Shown in pieces: positions 19,455-20,000 of a stretch of DNA of 20,000 bases (positions are counted from its first letter, which is position 1; each line of letters opens with the position of its first letter). Source of the DNA: Coniocarpon cinnabarinum (lineage: Eukaryota); contig JAVECO010000050.1 of assembly GCA_051942205.1 (NCBI GenBank), positions 109,538 to 129,537 of the forward strand. Reading direction: 5' to 3'. The notes beneath the pieces were generated by a model that worked only from the letters and a program-made list of their open reading frames with translations, searched no databases and was not told the origin of the DNA. The translations under genes were made by a program, and so were the position numbers.

Positions 19455-20000
19455 ATGTCGAACGGTAATGTGGAGACGAATCTGCGCTATGCGAGCACGG
19501 CTACTACGCATGGCTACGGCGCAGATGGCAATGCGGGTGCCCAGAAGGGCGGTGACTTCGGGGGCAAGGCGCTTGATTTTTTGAAAGAGGGAAAGGTGTG
19601 TAATCACTCTTACTTCCTTGATAGTACCTCGTATCTCTCATAAACCACCATATCGATTCCCCTTTCCCTCAAACACACCACAAACCAGCTCTTCAACATT
19701 CCAGACTTCTCTCTTCTCTTTTCTTCTCTTCTCTCTCGTATTTATTTGTTCCTACTAAGCTACGACGTCCCAATCTCAAAGCCATCCCTCGCCTAATAGG
19801 TCCTAACGGAATCCAGCGCCAATCCGAAAACCTCCGCCAAGGCATCAACTCCTTCGCCGACAACGCGATCCAGCCCTCCGCCGCCCGCGACGCAGACAGA
19901 GGCGTCAGCGCCCAACACAAGGGCGATTTCCGACCCTCTGAGCACGGCGAGGGCCATGAGATTCGGGAAGGCCCGGCAAGAGGGACGGGGACGGGGGGGT
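19455..20000 (+). CDS. Small Gly-rich hydrophilic hypothetical protein, 3'-truncated. Exons 19455-19595 and 19817->20000
   Basis: MSNGNVETNLRYASTATTHGYGADGNAGAQKGGDFGGKALDFLKEGK is followed by a GTGTGT donor at 19596, a pyrimidine tract, CTAAC at 19803 and CAG ending at 19816. The frame continues RQSENLRQGINSFADNAIQPSAARDADRGV.. and is open to the window end. Confidence 0.6.
19706..19737 (+). repeat. CT-rich low-complexity/polypyrimidine tract
   Basis: An almost pure C/T run inside the predicted intron 19596-19816. Confidence 0.8.

Noticed and set aside
1..20000. Transposons, RIP-degraded tracts, CRISPR arrays, rRNA or a biosynthetic gene cluster
   Set aside because: No transposase or RT motifs, terminal repeats, AT-rich TpA-biased blocks, spaced repeats or PKS/NRPS genes were seen.

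Overview
Gene-dense, intron-containing genomic DNA from a filamentous ascomycete (Pezizomycotina: short GT..AG introns with CTRAC branch points). I can support 11 protein-coding genes. From left to right: a partial DUF2420/Rmr1-like acidic protein (-), the HOG-pathway MAPKK PBS2 (+), a histidine-phosphatase/Tfc7-like protein (+), a sulfotransferase-like P-loop protein (+), a RING-like/PPxY/LysM/UBA-like protein (-), ribosomal protein RPS22/uS8 (+) with an snR44-type H/ACA snoRNA in its intron, a 4-exon orphan (+), a secreted RNase T2 (+), a HeLo-like/STAND-N domain fused to a catalytically degenerate G-alpha domain (+), a single-exon HET-domain gene (-) convergent with it, and a partial small Gly-rich protein (+). 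Two leads stand out. (1) An unusually long intron in the sulfotransferase-like gene folds by eye into a three-way-junction RNA with mutually exclusive alternative helices beside a weak 5' splice site, a riboswitch-like layout. (2) The HeLo-like-pseudo-G-alpha and HET gene pair is a candidate fungal immunity/cell-death module. All family assignments come from motif recognition by eye; no database searches or folding programs were run.
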